Assembly: GCA_046563655.1 (NCBI GenBank)
Contig: CM102286.1
Location: 13,082,001 to 13,146,000, forward strand
Reading direction: 5' to 3'
Source: Yuukianura sp. NJ FZ-2021
Taxonomy: Eukaryota
Length of the DNA: 64,000 nucleotides
Part shown: piece after piece, positions 37,101 to 49,894 of the stretch
Position numbering within the stretch: position 1 is the stretch's first letter
Layout: every line of letters starts with the position of its first letter
The notes under the pieces: generated by a model
Database searches by the model: none
The model's input: only the letters and a program-made list of their open reading frames with translations
What the model was told of the DNA's origin: nothing
Made by a program: the position numbers and the translations under genes

Positions 37101-40100
37101 ATTCCTTCCTGTGCTTTTCTTCGACCTCATTCTAAAACGTCTTTTGTGTTGTCTGGATTCATTCAAATTCAATCAGGAAATGAGAACCAGAGGAAGTGTG
37201 AAATTTCTTGTGCTTTTCAGGAAGATGAAGGAATGAAATGGGAGAGGAGAACAACTGAATTGATTTTCATTTTGGAGAAACGTTTTCTAACAAACATTTC
37301 TTGTATGAAAAGAGATTGAAATGAAAATTCTAAAAAATTTGTTCTATACTGCTGAACTTTTACTTACTTAGAAAAATCTTTTCGTTGCTGGAGAAAGTTG
37401 AAGTAAGAGAATAATTTTGGAAAACGGGCAAATGGAAGAACTTGTGTGATTGTGAAATTCTTGTGCATGACTAAACGGATGAAGAATCTTGACTGATTTT
37501 GGTACATCTTCCTCTTACCTACATCTTGCTCTGACGCTTTTTTTGACACTTCTATCGCATTTGAACAATGGATTTTGAACTCTGGGAAAATTTCCATCTG
37601 CGTTTACACTAAAAACCTCTTCAAGAAAGGCTTCAAAATCTAAACGTCTCTTCCGTGTTTTCTTTCACACTTCAACATAACAAAGTTCAAAATAAATATT
37701 TCACCTCCAGAAACGCAAAAGGCAATACAATTTTGAAAATTCACTCACGACTTTAATCAAAATACTGACTGCAATTACTGACTAGTGTAACTTAATGGGA
37801 AAACCGATTTTGAAAACGGTTCTATAAAAAATTAGAAGCAACAATAATTAGAGACAAGAAAGCTCGAGATTCTGTTTACCCATGAATTTTTTTTTGCAAT
37901 TATTTATTTGATATTTGGAGACTTTTTCTTAAATACAGAATGACATGAAAATTTCAAAAAATGTTGTTTCTATTTTTTCTTTTGAAAATGTTGTCGCAAG
38001 CTGTCAAATATTGTTTCATTTTGTAAATGGTGCATTGACAAAAACCACAAGGGAAAACAGCCCTTTTTGGAAAACTTTCACTAAAAGTTCATTGTTTTCG
38101 TGAATGTGCAATTTTGAACTTTTCTCTTTGAATTGTCTAAACATCAGAAGAATCGACCATTTGGACATGAGTCTATTGGGACTTTTAGTAGTGCACTGCC
38201 CATGTCTAAATTTGTTCTGATGGATACTTTCACTTTTCAAAGTTTCCAGAATTTCCAGAAACTCCGAAGTGAAAGTGAAAGCTTCACTCGTTAGCTCCCT
38301 CTCCCTGAAGAATTGACCTCAAAAGGGCAATGGTCCATGGGCAGTTGACCACCGAACCAGAGCTTCTAGTTCAACGGTTTTTGTGGACACAGAGGCTTCA
38401 TAAACATGTCTGCTCCTGGCATCTGACCCCAATGACCTCTCTGCATGTTTCATCCATCTTCCGAACCTCAACTGGAACCAAATGGACTTCATTTCCACTG
38501 AGAACCACAAATTCACTTTCTCCCGGGGAAAATAAATGTGGACTTTCACTTTTCGCTTCATAATTTTCAGTCTAGCTCATGATAAATCTGGTTTCGGTTT
38601 CAGTTTCTCCCTGGATGCGTCCAGACAAACTAATTAGCCCCTGTCCGTTTCACTTTTACGGGTTTTCGACAAGGCGGGAATTGGGCGGGAACGGATTTTC
38701 GCTTTTTGAAAGTAACGAAACCCAATTGGATTTCCGAACACAGAGTCCGGGAGATTCAATTTTCGTTTGCTTTTGCGGATGTTTACTTTCCTGGACTCAT
38801 TAGAAACGATGGGAACTTTTGCTTTCACCGTAAATCGAAAAGCAATCAGTCAAGAGAGCCGAAGCTGAGCTTGGACTTTGTGGACAGTGTTTGAAAAAAG
38901 CGTCAAAAGCAAAGCGCTGGAAGGCGCTGAAGCGACACTGGACTTCACAAAATTGTTTTCTCATTACGTTTAGTACACTTCGGCCTCAAATCTTTGTCCA
39001 GGCAGGATAGGATATCTGTACCAGCGGCAAGTTTAGAACAAAAGAAGAGTACTTTGTTCTACTTTTTGTGAAACGACAGTCGTACTGCCCCAACGTTTAT
39101 GACATGGGACTCATTTCGGTCGGGAACAAAGTATTACTCTATATTATTTATATTTTATATATTATTTTATTTCGAAAAGTGTCAGGTTTCTTACGGTTCT
39201 GCCCTGGAGGAGAGCCACAGCACAGTCGAGCATGACAGTCGTTCCAGCGCGGGCTGAAATTGAAACGGAAGTTTTGTTGCTCTCAAAGTACGGACCGACA
39301 ATTCGGGACGAAGAAGGAAGCTGTAGAGGTTCGTCGTCATTGGACGGCGACGGACCGTCACCGCCAGCGTTCTGGACAGAATTACGCCGAAATCTCCTTT
39401 GTTCAAGTTGACTCGTCACGGTGGCGTGGGTTCGAAGCCCAGTCGGGAGAAAGTTGAAACTAGGGCGGAGGCCAAAGGTCATCGGAAATGTCACCATAAC
39501 TCCACTGCTACTGCTGGAACTGACTTGGTCTAAATTAGTGTCGTTTTCCTTCCGGAAGAAAGCGAATCCACCATGACCTTGTTCGTCCTTCCCACCATAC
39601 GACTCATCTGGTCGATAATCTAATGACAAAAAATGAAAAGTTGATATATATTTTCAAAAGTTCAAAAAAGTTTTTGATGTTTTTGAAAAAAGAAGCACCA
39701 AAAGTTCAAAATCCTGAATGAGGAAAACTTTTCAAAGTGCACATAAATTTTGGTGTTTGTCACTTTGTTACTTGAGGTCAGTAGGGCATAACCGGAAATA
39801 TTTTGAATTTCACTTCTTTTCGTTTTTTTTTGAAAAAGTTGTTTTTCATTTTTGTAAAAAGTTTTTAGGTCAAGCAATTTCGAAATGGCCACTTTTCTAA
39901 GAAGTCCATCCATGACAAGCTAATCTCCGGAAATTCGAAACAGTTTCCTGAAAGCGGAATTTTTAAAAGTTCGCACCATGTTCCCGCTTTCTTTTTGTGT
40001 ACTTTCTCCTTTTCTTTTTAACTTTTAGAAAGTATTTATGCCACTTCCAGGGGTTCAGATTGATATTCCATTTCCGCCTCGACTCATTGCCTTCATCACA

Positions 40101-43100
40101 TTCCCTTTTTCAAAATCTGTCATAAACTCTTTCAAAAAATGAAAAGAGGCCTCCTGCAGGAGAGCTTCTTAAGGACTTCCATTGTTCTCCTTTAAGAGCC
40201 CATTTTATTCAGAAAGAGAAAAGTTTTGCTAAAGCTTTAAAGGAGCTTGGAATTTACTGGAGAAGCCAAATGACTAAAAATGACTAAAATTGTGTGCTGC
40301 TTCAGAAGCAGGACCAACCACGAAAAGTCTGGAGCAGACGAAACGTTATGGATGGTTTAACTTGTCCGTGTGCCTTTTGGCTTTGGCTTATTCTCGAAGG
40401 AATGTTAGATGATATGGGAACCGTCCAGAATCCTGGCTGTAGGCCAGGAAATCAAGTTTATAGTTTCACCTTCTATTACCTCCTGTCGCGGAGAAAAGAA
40501 AAGGACTTTCTCTCTCCTTGGAAAAACAGGAACAAATTCCAACTCAACTCCCCTCTCTCCATTTGTAAAAACAAACATTTTACTTGTGTTTTATATCTTA
40601 CTTTTTTTATTTTTTGGCCTCGAGGACCAACCTTTTGAAATAAAAAGTAAAGTAAAGACCAATTTTGTTCATGACTCAACTCAAATTGACTCAAATGGAC
40701 GTCCACAGCTGCCTACACTTTTATGGGCTGGCGCTTTAATTGAATAGTAAAAAAAATCAAACGTGTCAATTCCAAAATCGTGTCGAAAAAATAAAAACAG
40801 CTGTAGTTTTCGTGCTGAAAGTTTAAAAAAAAACAGCGTAGTTTTTTTGTTGTGTTTTCAGGGATTCAGGAATTTATAAAATGTCGGCAGAGATTTAAAA
40901 TTTTGCCGTAGACTTAAACCTTTTTTTAAATAAATTTTTTATTTTTTGCTTCAAAAAAGTCTGAAGTTAAAAAGAAACAGAAATTTTTAACATAAAAATC
41001 TAGGCATAAACTGTGTAGCAGAAGCACGTATAGCAATTATTAACTCAGCCTTGCGGAGGTTCTGTTAAGGCGTCGTCAGCTGCTGGTGCAGAAAATGTTT
41101 TAAAAAACAAAATTTTGCAAATAAAAAGAAATTGAAAAGCAAAAATAAGAGCATAAATGTTAACGATAGTTAGAAAGCTGTAAATTTTGTCTCTACAGTT
41201 TCTCTTTTTGTGTGTACCAAGTTGGGAAATATTGGAAGACCTTTTTTTAGATTGGTTAAAAATCTATGTTCTTTCAGAAACAAACTTTTTTCAAAAACTT
41301 TTTTTTTACCTTTTCTCAGAATTTTCCGTTCGGTTTTTTTTTTGCAGTTAAAAGATTTAATGGAAAAAAGTTTGAGCATTCAAATTTCATTTAAGCCTTT
41401 TACCTTAGATACACATACCTTCGATATGGGACAAACTTTTTTCTTCTTTTAAAAAAGGCTTTTGCCAGTGAAGCGTTCTTTTCTGAACAAGCAAACACTA
41501 ATTCATGATCAAAATTGAAAAAAAGTCGAAAGCTGTTTTCGTAACAAAAAAGTGAAAGCTGAGATTTTTTTTTCTTCATAGAAAAACTGTAAGCTGGAGT
41601 TTAAGTTGAAAATTGTTTGCACTAAAAAACTAAGTCGAAGCTAAACAAAGAAGTGAAAGCGAGGACCCATATGGTGAGCACAGTTTTTTTTTAAATTTTG
41701 CTATTTGATACACACCTTTCCAAGCTTATTTTTAGAAGCACGTAAAAAATTCCTTTCGGCAAACTCTAGTCTAAAACCTGAATACGGTTTGGGAGATTTT
41801 GGCCTGAAAAAAATTGCTTTCACTGAATACATTTTTTTCTTCTTGCAGAATGGCAACCTTAGATGCAGACTTTCGTGTGGTATGCAGTCCTACCTTATTT
41901 TTACGTTTTTCTTTTTCTGGAATGTTGCCAGTGTTTAAGTTGTGTAAAAGGGATTTTTGTAGTCGCTTACAAGGGAACTTCTGAAGGTTTCTATTTGGAA
42001 AGTCACAATTGAGAGAGTCCTTATGGGGGAAAATAAATCTTGGTTCCAATGTGGGGAAAATAAAAACATAAACAAGCACAAGACCGCGGCTGAAACGGTT
42101 TTGCTGTTGAGTCTAAACGCCGTTTTCTTTAGAAAACATACCGCCCCAACCTCTGCATTTTTTAAAGTAGCCCCGGAGAATCCAAAATCATTTCACTTTC
42201 CCCAGCTACGTTGAAAAAGAAAGTGAAAACTGGCGACGCAACACACTTAATTAATCCGAAGCACGCCATTACATCGAAAAAAAGACATCGAAGGAAAAGA
42301 CATCGGAGAAAAAGACATCGAAAAGAAACACATCGAAAATAGAAACACATCGAAAATGCAAACACATCGAAACAAAAGACATCGAAAACTAACCTCAGTC
42401 AGCCAAACCTACGCACGCAATCACTATTGAGTGCTTTACCAAGCCTAACGCCAAACCTAAAGTTTTCATTTTTAGACTGAAACTGCACGCACAAATTTCG
42501 TTGGAATTTCCGCGCCGAAGGCGCGGCGTTAGGTTTGGTAAAGCACGCGATAGTGATTGCGTGCGTAGGTTTGGCTGACTGAGGTTAGTTTTCGATGTCT
42601 TTTGTTTCGATGTCTTTCTTTTCGATGTCTTTTGTTTCGATGTGTTTATATTTTCGATGTGTTTCTATTTTCGATGAGTTTATTTTCGATGTCTTTTTCT
42701 TCGATGTCTTTTCTTTCGATGTCTTTTTTTCGATGTAGTCGCATGGACCCAATTAATCTGCACAGACATAAACTCAAAAATGTAACAAACTAAAATAAAT
42801 TTTTGTACACGGTGTGAAGAGATTTTATCATTCTGCCAATCAGTTGACTTACTGGCAATGAATTGGAATCGAAACCTATCATGTACATTGTTTTTATCAA
42901 AAGTTATACACTAAAAAGCCATGTGTGCAGACAATGTCGAGAAAATCACAGCCAGTTATAAAAAATTGAAAAAATATAATTATGGAATAATTATATATCA
43001 GGTACGAATCCGTCCCATTTCTTCGAAATTCGTAATTTTCCAACCAAGGTTTTGCTGAGACTGTTGGTCTTATTAAGGTTAGGCAGATTTAAAAATTTTG

Positions 43101-46100
43101 GTTTTCGGTAATACCTGTTTCGCGAAAACGACTTTCGCCATTTTGGCTGCGAAATCTGCAAAAGGGAGGTTGGGTTTATGAATTATGAATCAGAAGTTGG
43201 ACTGTGTCCAGCAGTCCGTAGGGGAGTCACAGCTGGATTTCCTTCCTTGCCTATTTCTCCAGTAATAAACTTTAAATTAGTCCCTAGTCACCACTTTTCA
43301 TAATTTAAGATCCGATTAAACCCAATAGCAAATCCAATATTTATTTGACAGCCAAACCCTGATGAAAGTTGGCACATCAGCAAAAACTTACTCCAAAAGA
43401 GCAGGGTTCAAAATTTTGAAGATTTAAGCTCTAGAACTCAATTTTTGGCTCAAAGTGTTCAAAAATTTAAAACAAATTGTGTTTAAATTAGCTCACACCC
43501 TGCTATTCTAGTTTGTTGAGCCAGAAATTAAGGCGCATCGCGAGAAGCGTCTTTGTTCGCGGAAATTTTAAACCGCAATCGACAACAATTCAAGTCAGCC
43601 TTTGTAATAAATTTAGCATAGCAAACATAACAAAAGTTAGGCGAACAAAAGTGAAAGTTAGGCGGGCGTTGTAACAAGTAGAGTGTTACACAGGGATGGG
43701 CTGCAGATGATGAATGCCCCTTCCGTGGGAAACTGTTCCTTCTGTGTCTTTTCAATCAAGAGAAAGTCATTTGGTGAGAGAAAGTAGCAAGAAAAGCTCC
43801 TTTTTTCTTCTGCCCGCCTCCAAAATACCCGAATTCGGGTAGGAGCGATGCATATGGTAAGAAAATAGGCGAGTTTTCTATACTGTAGTTAGGATTACAC
43901 TATTCCTCTGAATGAAAAAAAAACTCTCACTCTGATTCTTGACGCAGAGATCATAATGCCTCCAAATGGTCCCATTCTGCCCATAAAACTACCCGCACCA
44001 AAAGTAAATACTTTTTTCTCCCGGATTTTCTTACCTAAAGTGAGATACCCGCTTTCAGTTTTTCTCGTGGCTTCTTTTCAATACGCTTGGGGAAAACGCG
44101 GGAATTCTTACTTTCTCCGCTCTTTTCAAATTTGAACCGAGATTTCGAAAATGTGTTCTGTATGAAAATGACTCTCCATAGACTTTTTTGTTCGCCTTCA
44201 TTATTATTTGCAGCAGCTGAATACATAAATTTCAATATCATTTTTCACTTTCTCCACTATGACTCCAGGTTAGAATGCACACGCTCACTTACAACTTACA
44301 CTTACTCCACCCAATCTAACATATAACGTATGCTCCATAGCATAACAAATGTTTCACGCATAATCTAACTTTCACTTTATGTTTTATGTTATTACTTAAC
44401 AACGTTGAAGTCACTCCAGTGACTAATAATGTTAGCTTTGACAAAGTTTTGAAATTGGTATTGTTAAGGAGAAAGCAGACTTTCTTTGATAGCAGCTTTG
44501 TTATTATTTTTGAACAAAATGTTTACAGCATCCAGTAACTTTCAGTACGTGCTTTATGTATGTTTGGTCGAAGGTCACAAAAGGTCACGCACAAAATTTG
44601 AAATTCGACAGTTCAGTTTTTTATTGAAGCTAGAAAATTGGAGACTGAGAAGAAAGTCATCCGCTTAAGGCAAGGAACTCTTCGACTTAAACTTTCTCCC
44701 TAACATAACTTTCCCTTCAAAGCTTAGTTTTCTTTAAGTTTTAGTCTACCTTTTAGCTATTTGCTTTTAACTTGGCAGGAGGTAAAGGAAGAAGCGTAGT
44801 TCATAAAAGAGTTGGATTAGCAACTTTCTGTCTCAACTTTTGATGCTGATGCTTTCTTCTATCTTCTGGCCCAATAATAGACAAATTTTGGAATCCATTT
44901 TGGTTCCATACCCAATTTCCCATGAAAAGCTTTTAGAGAATGTAATTAATAGGAACTGAAATTGTTGTGAAAGTATTCTTTCAAGAGAGAAAGATCCAAT
45001 CCAATCTTTGGATAGAAGAAATAGGACTTCCAGTTCCATTTTCATCTCAATCTCAACACTATTCCCAACAAAACAAAACTCACTTTAATGGAAAAGTTTT
45101 TCTATTTATACAATTATTATTGGTTGGAGGGATCCGGGATCGTATCAAGGCTGGAGTAGCTTTTCGGAGAAAAAAAAATGGATATAAAAAGTCTCTTCCT
45201 CTCGTCAGAAAACTGAAATAGTGGAAGAAAATTTCTCTGACGGAAGATGTGATTGTTTCGGTGCGTCATTGCGCCGAGCAGTACTGCGTTGAAAGCTTTT
45301 TCGCTCTTTTCGGAAAAATTGCGATAGATAATTTAATTCAGTAATAATTTTAGCAGTTGCTTAGATTGACACAATGCTTGAAAAAAAATTGTCTTCCTAA
45401 ATTGTCAATTTCGGAAATGTGAAAAAATATTTTGAAAAACTGGGTCAATATCCAATACACAATTTTCGCACGTAGTATTTGTCAAACAAAAAAGTAACGT
45501 CTTAAAAGTCTACCAAAAATTTACGCTTTCGTCAAATACAATTGTCTACTTTTTCTCACAGGTTCGTCAGTGATTAATTTTGTAAAAAAAATTGCATGAA
45601 AAAAACAAAAGCAACAAAATCGTGGGAGTCAAATTTTTTGACAGAAAGTTGATATTTGTGCTCAAAGAAGAAAGTGAATGGCTTATGCAAACTTCTGATC
45701 TGAAGATCATGAGCTTAAAGGTGTGAAGTTTGGAAGTGTTTAAGAGGAAATTAATTGCGTTAGAAGTTTTTGAAGGCAGAGGTTAGTAGGCAAGATGGAT
45801 AGTTCTAATAAAGTTAGCAGTGCAGTTGAGCAAAGCATTAATTTCCTACACTCTGACTTTAGTTAACCGCTAGCTGCTAGATAGCTGCGTAGCTTCCAAG
45901 GGTACTTGGCTTAAGAGCCGTTTCCCTCCAAGTGTCTGACTTGATTGAAGTGGTCTTGAGCCTTCCTGTCGAAGGAAAACAAAAGGAAGAAGAATACACC
46001 GCAAAGGATCTCACTTGATTACAAGATCACTTTTCCTTGTTCAATGCACGAGCAGGCACCAACCAACCAGTTTTGTGCTTTAAGTCGGTTTGGTTGCTAA

Positions 46101-49100
46101 GGCTGGCTTTCTTTTGTAATCTTCCACCATTTCCTAGATTGGAATCAATTCTAATCTTGCTGCATTCTTCCCTTTTTTTGCCAACCCGCTTTGTGTTTTG
46201 AGCAAGCCAAAAATACGAAATCGTGCTTCTGGGATGCTTGTTGTAAAAAGTCAGTCAGCACTCAAGAACGGACATGCGCAAACATGACTTTAATGGACGG
46301 AAACATTTGGACAGTCAGTAGTGGACGTACGACTTCCAAAATCTAACAGAACTGGTTATATATAACAGAACTATAACCGTCCATAAAAATGACTTTCCGT
46401 CCAAATGTGTTCTGCTACATACAAAAGTACTCTACAAAAAATTCGCCTACCGGCGAAACTTTCTTTGAGAAATTCCGTTCACGCATTTCCGTGCATAAAC
46501 GCCCAGGATATATAGTGGAGTCGTTAGAAGAGCGCAAACTGCATGTGGGTTTGAATAGACTCAAGATAGAGCTGGGAGGAAGAGAGGCGTAAGGAGACGG
46601 AGAAAGCACTGAGGAATGCGTTGGCTAGAAAGTAAAAGTGGGCCCTTTAGATTGGAGCCTCGGAAGTTAGTGAAGCAACTGAGAGTGTTCCCTTGTTCCA
46701 AACATGAATTGAATAATAATAGCACAACATCCTCACCACAAGCAAGCCTTTGTTGAAAGATTCTTCTCTTGTGGTGTTGTTTACTTCACAAGTTTAATAT
46801 TAAACCTCTTTTTGTGCTGACAGCTCAATGTAAATACATCGGTTCAAAATGGATGGCAAAGTGCAGGAGAAGGAGAAAGTTCTTGTGGAAGGATTCTTAA
46901 ACATGGTGGAATTCAGAAGAACGTGAGCAATTAATCTCACAAGTAAATCAGACAACACAAGGATTCTTGCTGTACAAAGTAAAGATTTATTTGGCATCTA
47001 GGAGGTTGTGCCCTGCTTTCTCCTTTCTGTCCAGGTCAGGTAGCAGAGCAGAGCACAGTTGATTGACGACCGAGGATTTTGGAACTCTTCTTAGAAATTC
47101 CAAAACCCCTTTTCGTTTCGTTCCGCATGAAAATCTGGCAAAACCGAATTCGGAGCGATTTGACTCACTTTTCCTTAGGTAATCACCCAAGAAATATTCC
47201 CTCACGCACGTCAAGGGACTCATCTCAAATGATATTTCCGGCAGGAAAGGACGCGGGAGAAACGACCTGGAAGCAAAGGGAAACGAGGCCAACCAAATGA
47301 TGGGTGTGCTAAGAGGAAGTAAGATAACCACTGTGATCTCCTGATTTCAGCAAAACGTTCAACAGCAAAATGCTCAACACAACAAATTAGACAACAAAAA
47401 ACTTTTTTCTGCCATTTTTTCCTTCAAAAAATAGTTTCACAGCGGACTTCTTCTTAAGAGCCCCCAAATTAGCGTTTTACATAATTATTTTTGAATTCTG
47501 GATTTGTAAATTTGAAAAAAAAAATCCGGGAATTTTTCTACTTGTTCAAATAGTAAAGCGCTGACCACAAATAATCACAACATCAGCTAGAAGAACAGCA
47601 AATGGTTTTATATTTCAAAATTGTTTGTCTATAATCTTGTTTATAACCAATTTTTGTTGAGGTTTTAGCTGTTGAGGTAATGGTTGCTTATTTTCCAGTC
47701 TATCTTTTTTAAATCAAGGTTCAATTTCGTTTTTTTCTGCTTTTACCTTTGTAGCAACTCTAAGCTCTTCTTCTCCTGACCCAGTTGATTGTGAAATATA
47801 GATTTGCGTGCTATTTTACAATTTCACGGGAATGAAAAGTACAAAAAGAAGAACATCGTTCTGTGTTAAAAATAGCAGAAAAGTTAAGGGCGAAGTTGGA
47901 ACAAGGAAAAAGTAGAGTACAAGAGCTTTACACAGACAAGAAAAAAGCGGAAAAGAGAAAGCAGGCTCCATTTTTTTTTTGGTAAAAGATTCTCCAGAGA
48001 GTCAAAGTTTCTTTTCTTACTCCGATTGTAGTGTACCCGAATCTTCGCCAAACTACTACTTCTACTGTCTTCTCTCCATGTTTCATTTCCTTCAAAACCA
48101 AAAATGATGCTACTTTCCTCTCCCTCCAAATTCCTATTTTAGAAAACCCGTTTTCGAAAATTGGCTTGCTAAGAAAGTCCTCTAAAAAAGGAGAAAGTAG
48201 GTAGACGACTTTCTCTATTTTCAGCTCCACCCGAAGTCTTCTTAGAGTTGATTTTGGAGGCAAAGGACTATGAGTGTATTTCTTTAACTCGAAAGGCTTC
48301 TCGCCCTTAACAAAGGAAACATTTAAAGTTTCAAATCTTCGCGCTCTCTTTCTATTTCCGCTTTCGCGGAACTTTCTCTGTCGCCTCCACTTTTTTTCCA
48401 GCCTAACCTAGCCTAACTGCCGTCGAAGTGTGGATGTAAGGAGGATTTTGTTTGTTGGTGAAGGAAAAGACTCGGGGGATTTCCTTTTGTAGTCTTTGGG
48501 GTAGAATTAGATGAAAACTCTTCTAGGAAGGTTTTTGGTTTGTGTCAATGAAACAATCTAAAGGAAACCGGAGAAATCTAAAAGGAAATCTAGAAACTGT
48601 CTACAATACTAGATGTCCAATTCCCTCTGTGTCTTTCTAAATCTCAACTTGGTCGTTGCAGAGTCAATTTCATTGAATTTATGTGAAAGCCCGCTTGTTT
48701 AGAAATCGGGTTATGGAATGGACAACCAATTTAACAAGATACTAAAATTTGAAGTGAAAGTTTGTCATTAGCAGCTGCTGCTTAGACTCCAACCCGTTTA
48801 AGCTCAAACCTTCTTTTGTAAAAAAAAGTTTAAAAAAATTTTTTTTTCGAGTTTTGAATGAGTCTGTTGAAATTGTTCAAAAACTAATTTATGGCTGTTG
48901 CAACAAGAAGGAAATCCTATGGAAGTTAGGCTCACAGCGTAAGAACATTTCTTTTCCGTTTCAATTTTTTTTTTGGAAAAAACAGTGGAGTGTTGGGGAA
49001 AGTTGAGAAAAAACTTTCACTTTCCTTTGTTAAGTTTTTTTTTTTGGCAAAATTTGAAGTTTTACAAAATACGTAGCAGTTAGGTTGAAAATTAGGAGAA

Positions 49101-49894
49101 TTTCTTTGTAAACAATTTGAGTAACACGGGCAATCATATACAAAATTGACAGCTACTAAGTTGTGGTTACAAAAATGTTTCAAATTTTTTTGAACTTTTT
49201 TTATAAACTTAAATTTTAAAACATTGTGTATTGAGTTAATCAAAGTCTATTTCTCGTCCGAGTAATTTCCGTACACGAACCTAAGCCAATTCCAATGGCC
49301 TTACTTGGATTTTAATGTTTTCTCTGTAATGGAAAATAGTGAAATCGGAAATAGGAACTACTCGGAGTTAGTTACTCCGGAAACTGTGAATAGCCTTGAA
49401 GGCAGCTCGTGTCTTGCCTTTGACACTAAATTAAAGCCAAGTCTCATCCATTTCATTTATTTCCAACCTAACTTTGAAGCTCACTCCGAAGTCAAGTGAC
49501 TCTCAAGTCTATTTATTTGGATTAAGTTAGGCTAGGTATAGGTTAACCTCACGGTGAGATCTCGAGACCACTTCATGAGTCCTCATAAGTCCACCGCCAC
49601 CTACTCAATTAATGTCTTCATGTCAAGTTCAGAAGGTTGGAGAAGTTATATTAGGCTAGTTAGGTTGAGTAACTAACCTAAAGTAGATTATACCTTATCA
49701 AAAGTTAGAGTAATGAACAAAGTTTGTATATCGTGTCAGAAAAACTTAGTTATTTTTTTAGTTAGTGAAAGTTAGAGTAGGTTCTTACCGGCCAAGGGCA
49801 TAGGCGGCAGAAGTAGAAGCAGGAGGCCAATGGCGTGGAGAAGACTAATGGGACTCATAGTTCCAGTCAAGTCACTCCTCATTTCCACTTTCAT
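31150..49894 (-). CDS. dpr: Defective proboscis extension response (dpr)/zig-8-like two-Ig-domain cell-surface protein; exons 49894-49789, 39619-39195, 33461-33367, 33097-32979, 32227-32050, 31518-31385, 31259-31150; ~388 aa
   Basis: Signal peptide (ISLLHAIGLLLLLLPPMPLA). Ig1: PYFE..GTTVMLDCAVALLQGRTVSWLR..LLTVGNATYSSDSR..RYPNNWRLGI..DEGIYECQLSTHP. Ig2: HYKVDSALHLTC..W..DSGTYSC..VIVHVLNE. Then KLPAAVQH and a hydrophobic GPI-type tail. All exon phases are compatible. The first coding exon is the least certain. YPNNWRL suggests the dpr14/18/20 subgroup (from recall). Confidence 0.9.
42257..42750. mobile_element. Non-autonomous foldback-type DNA transposon (494 bp) with ~200-bp modular inverted repeats and an 8-bp target-site duplication
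   Basis: The left arm has 8 copies of an ACATCGAAAA-core 15-17 bp unit and the right arm has 10 inverted copies. The inner 68-bp inverted repeat (42385-42452 vs 42525-42592) has 3 mismatches; the spacer is 72 bp. Direct repeat AATTAATC flanks it at 42249-42256 and 42751-42758. Confidence 0.88.

Noticed and set aside
42268..42740. Regularly spaced ACATCGAAAA repeats as a CRISPR-like array, and the ORFs 42162-42365 and 42602-42793
   Set aside because: Units are 15-17 bp without unique spacers, are mirrored as an inverted repeat, sit in eukaryotic context and have no cas genes. The ORFs are translations of the repeat.
45903..45966. Possible phase-1 cassette exon in the first coding intron of dpr
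   Set aside because: The acceptor is good but the donor is weak (AA|GTACCC), and the gene model is complete without it.
46849..46922. Nested + strand mini-exon MDGKVQEKEKVLVEGFLNMVEFRR followed by GTGAGC
   Set aside because: Nearby acceptors lead quickly to stops and there is no recognisable homology.
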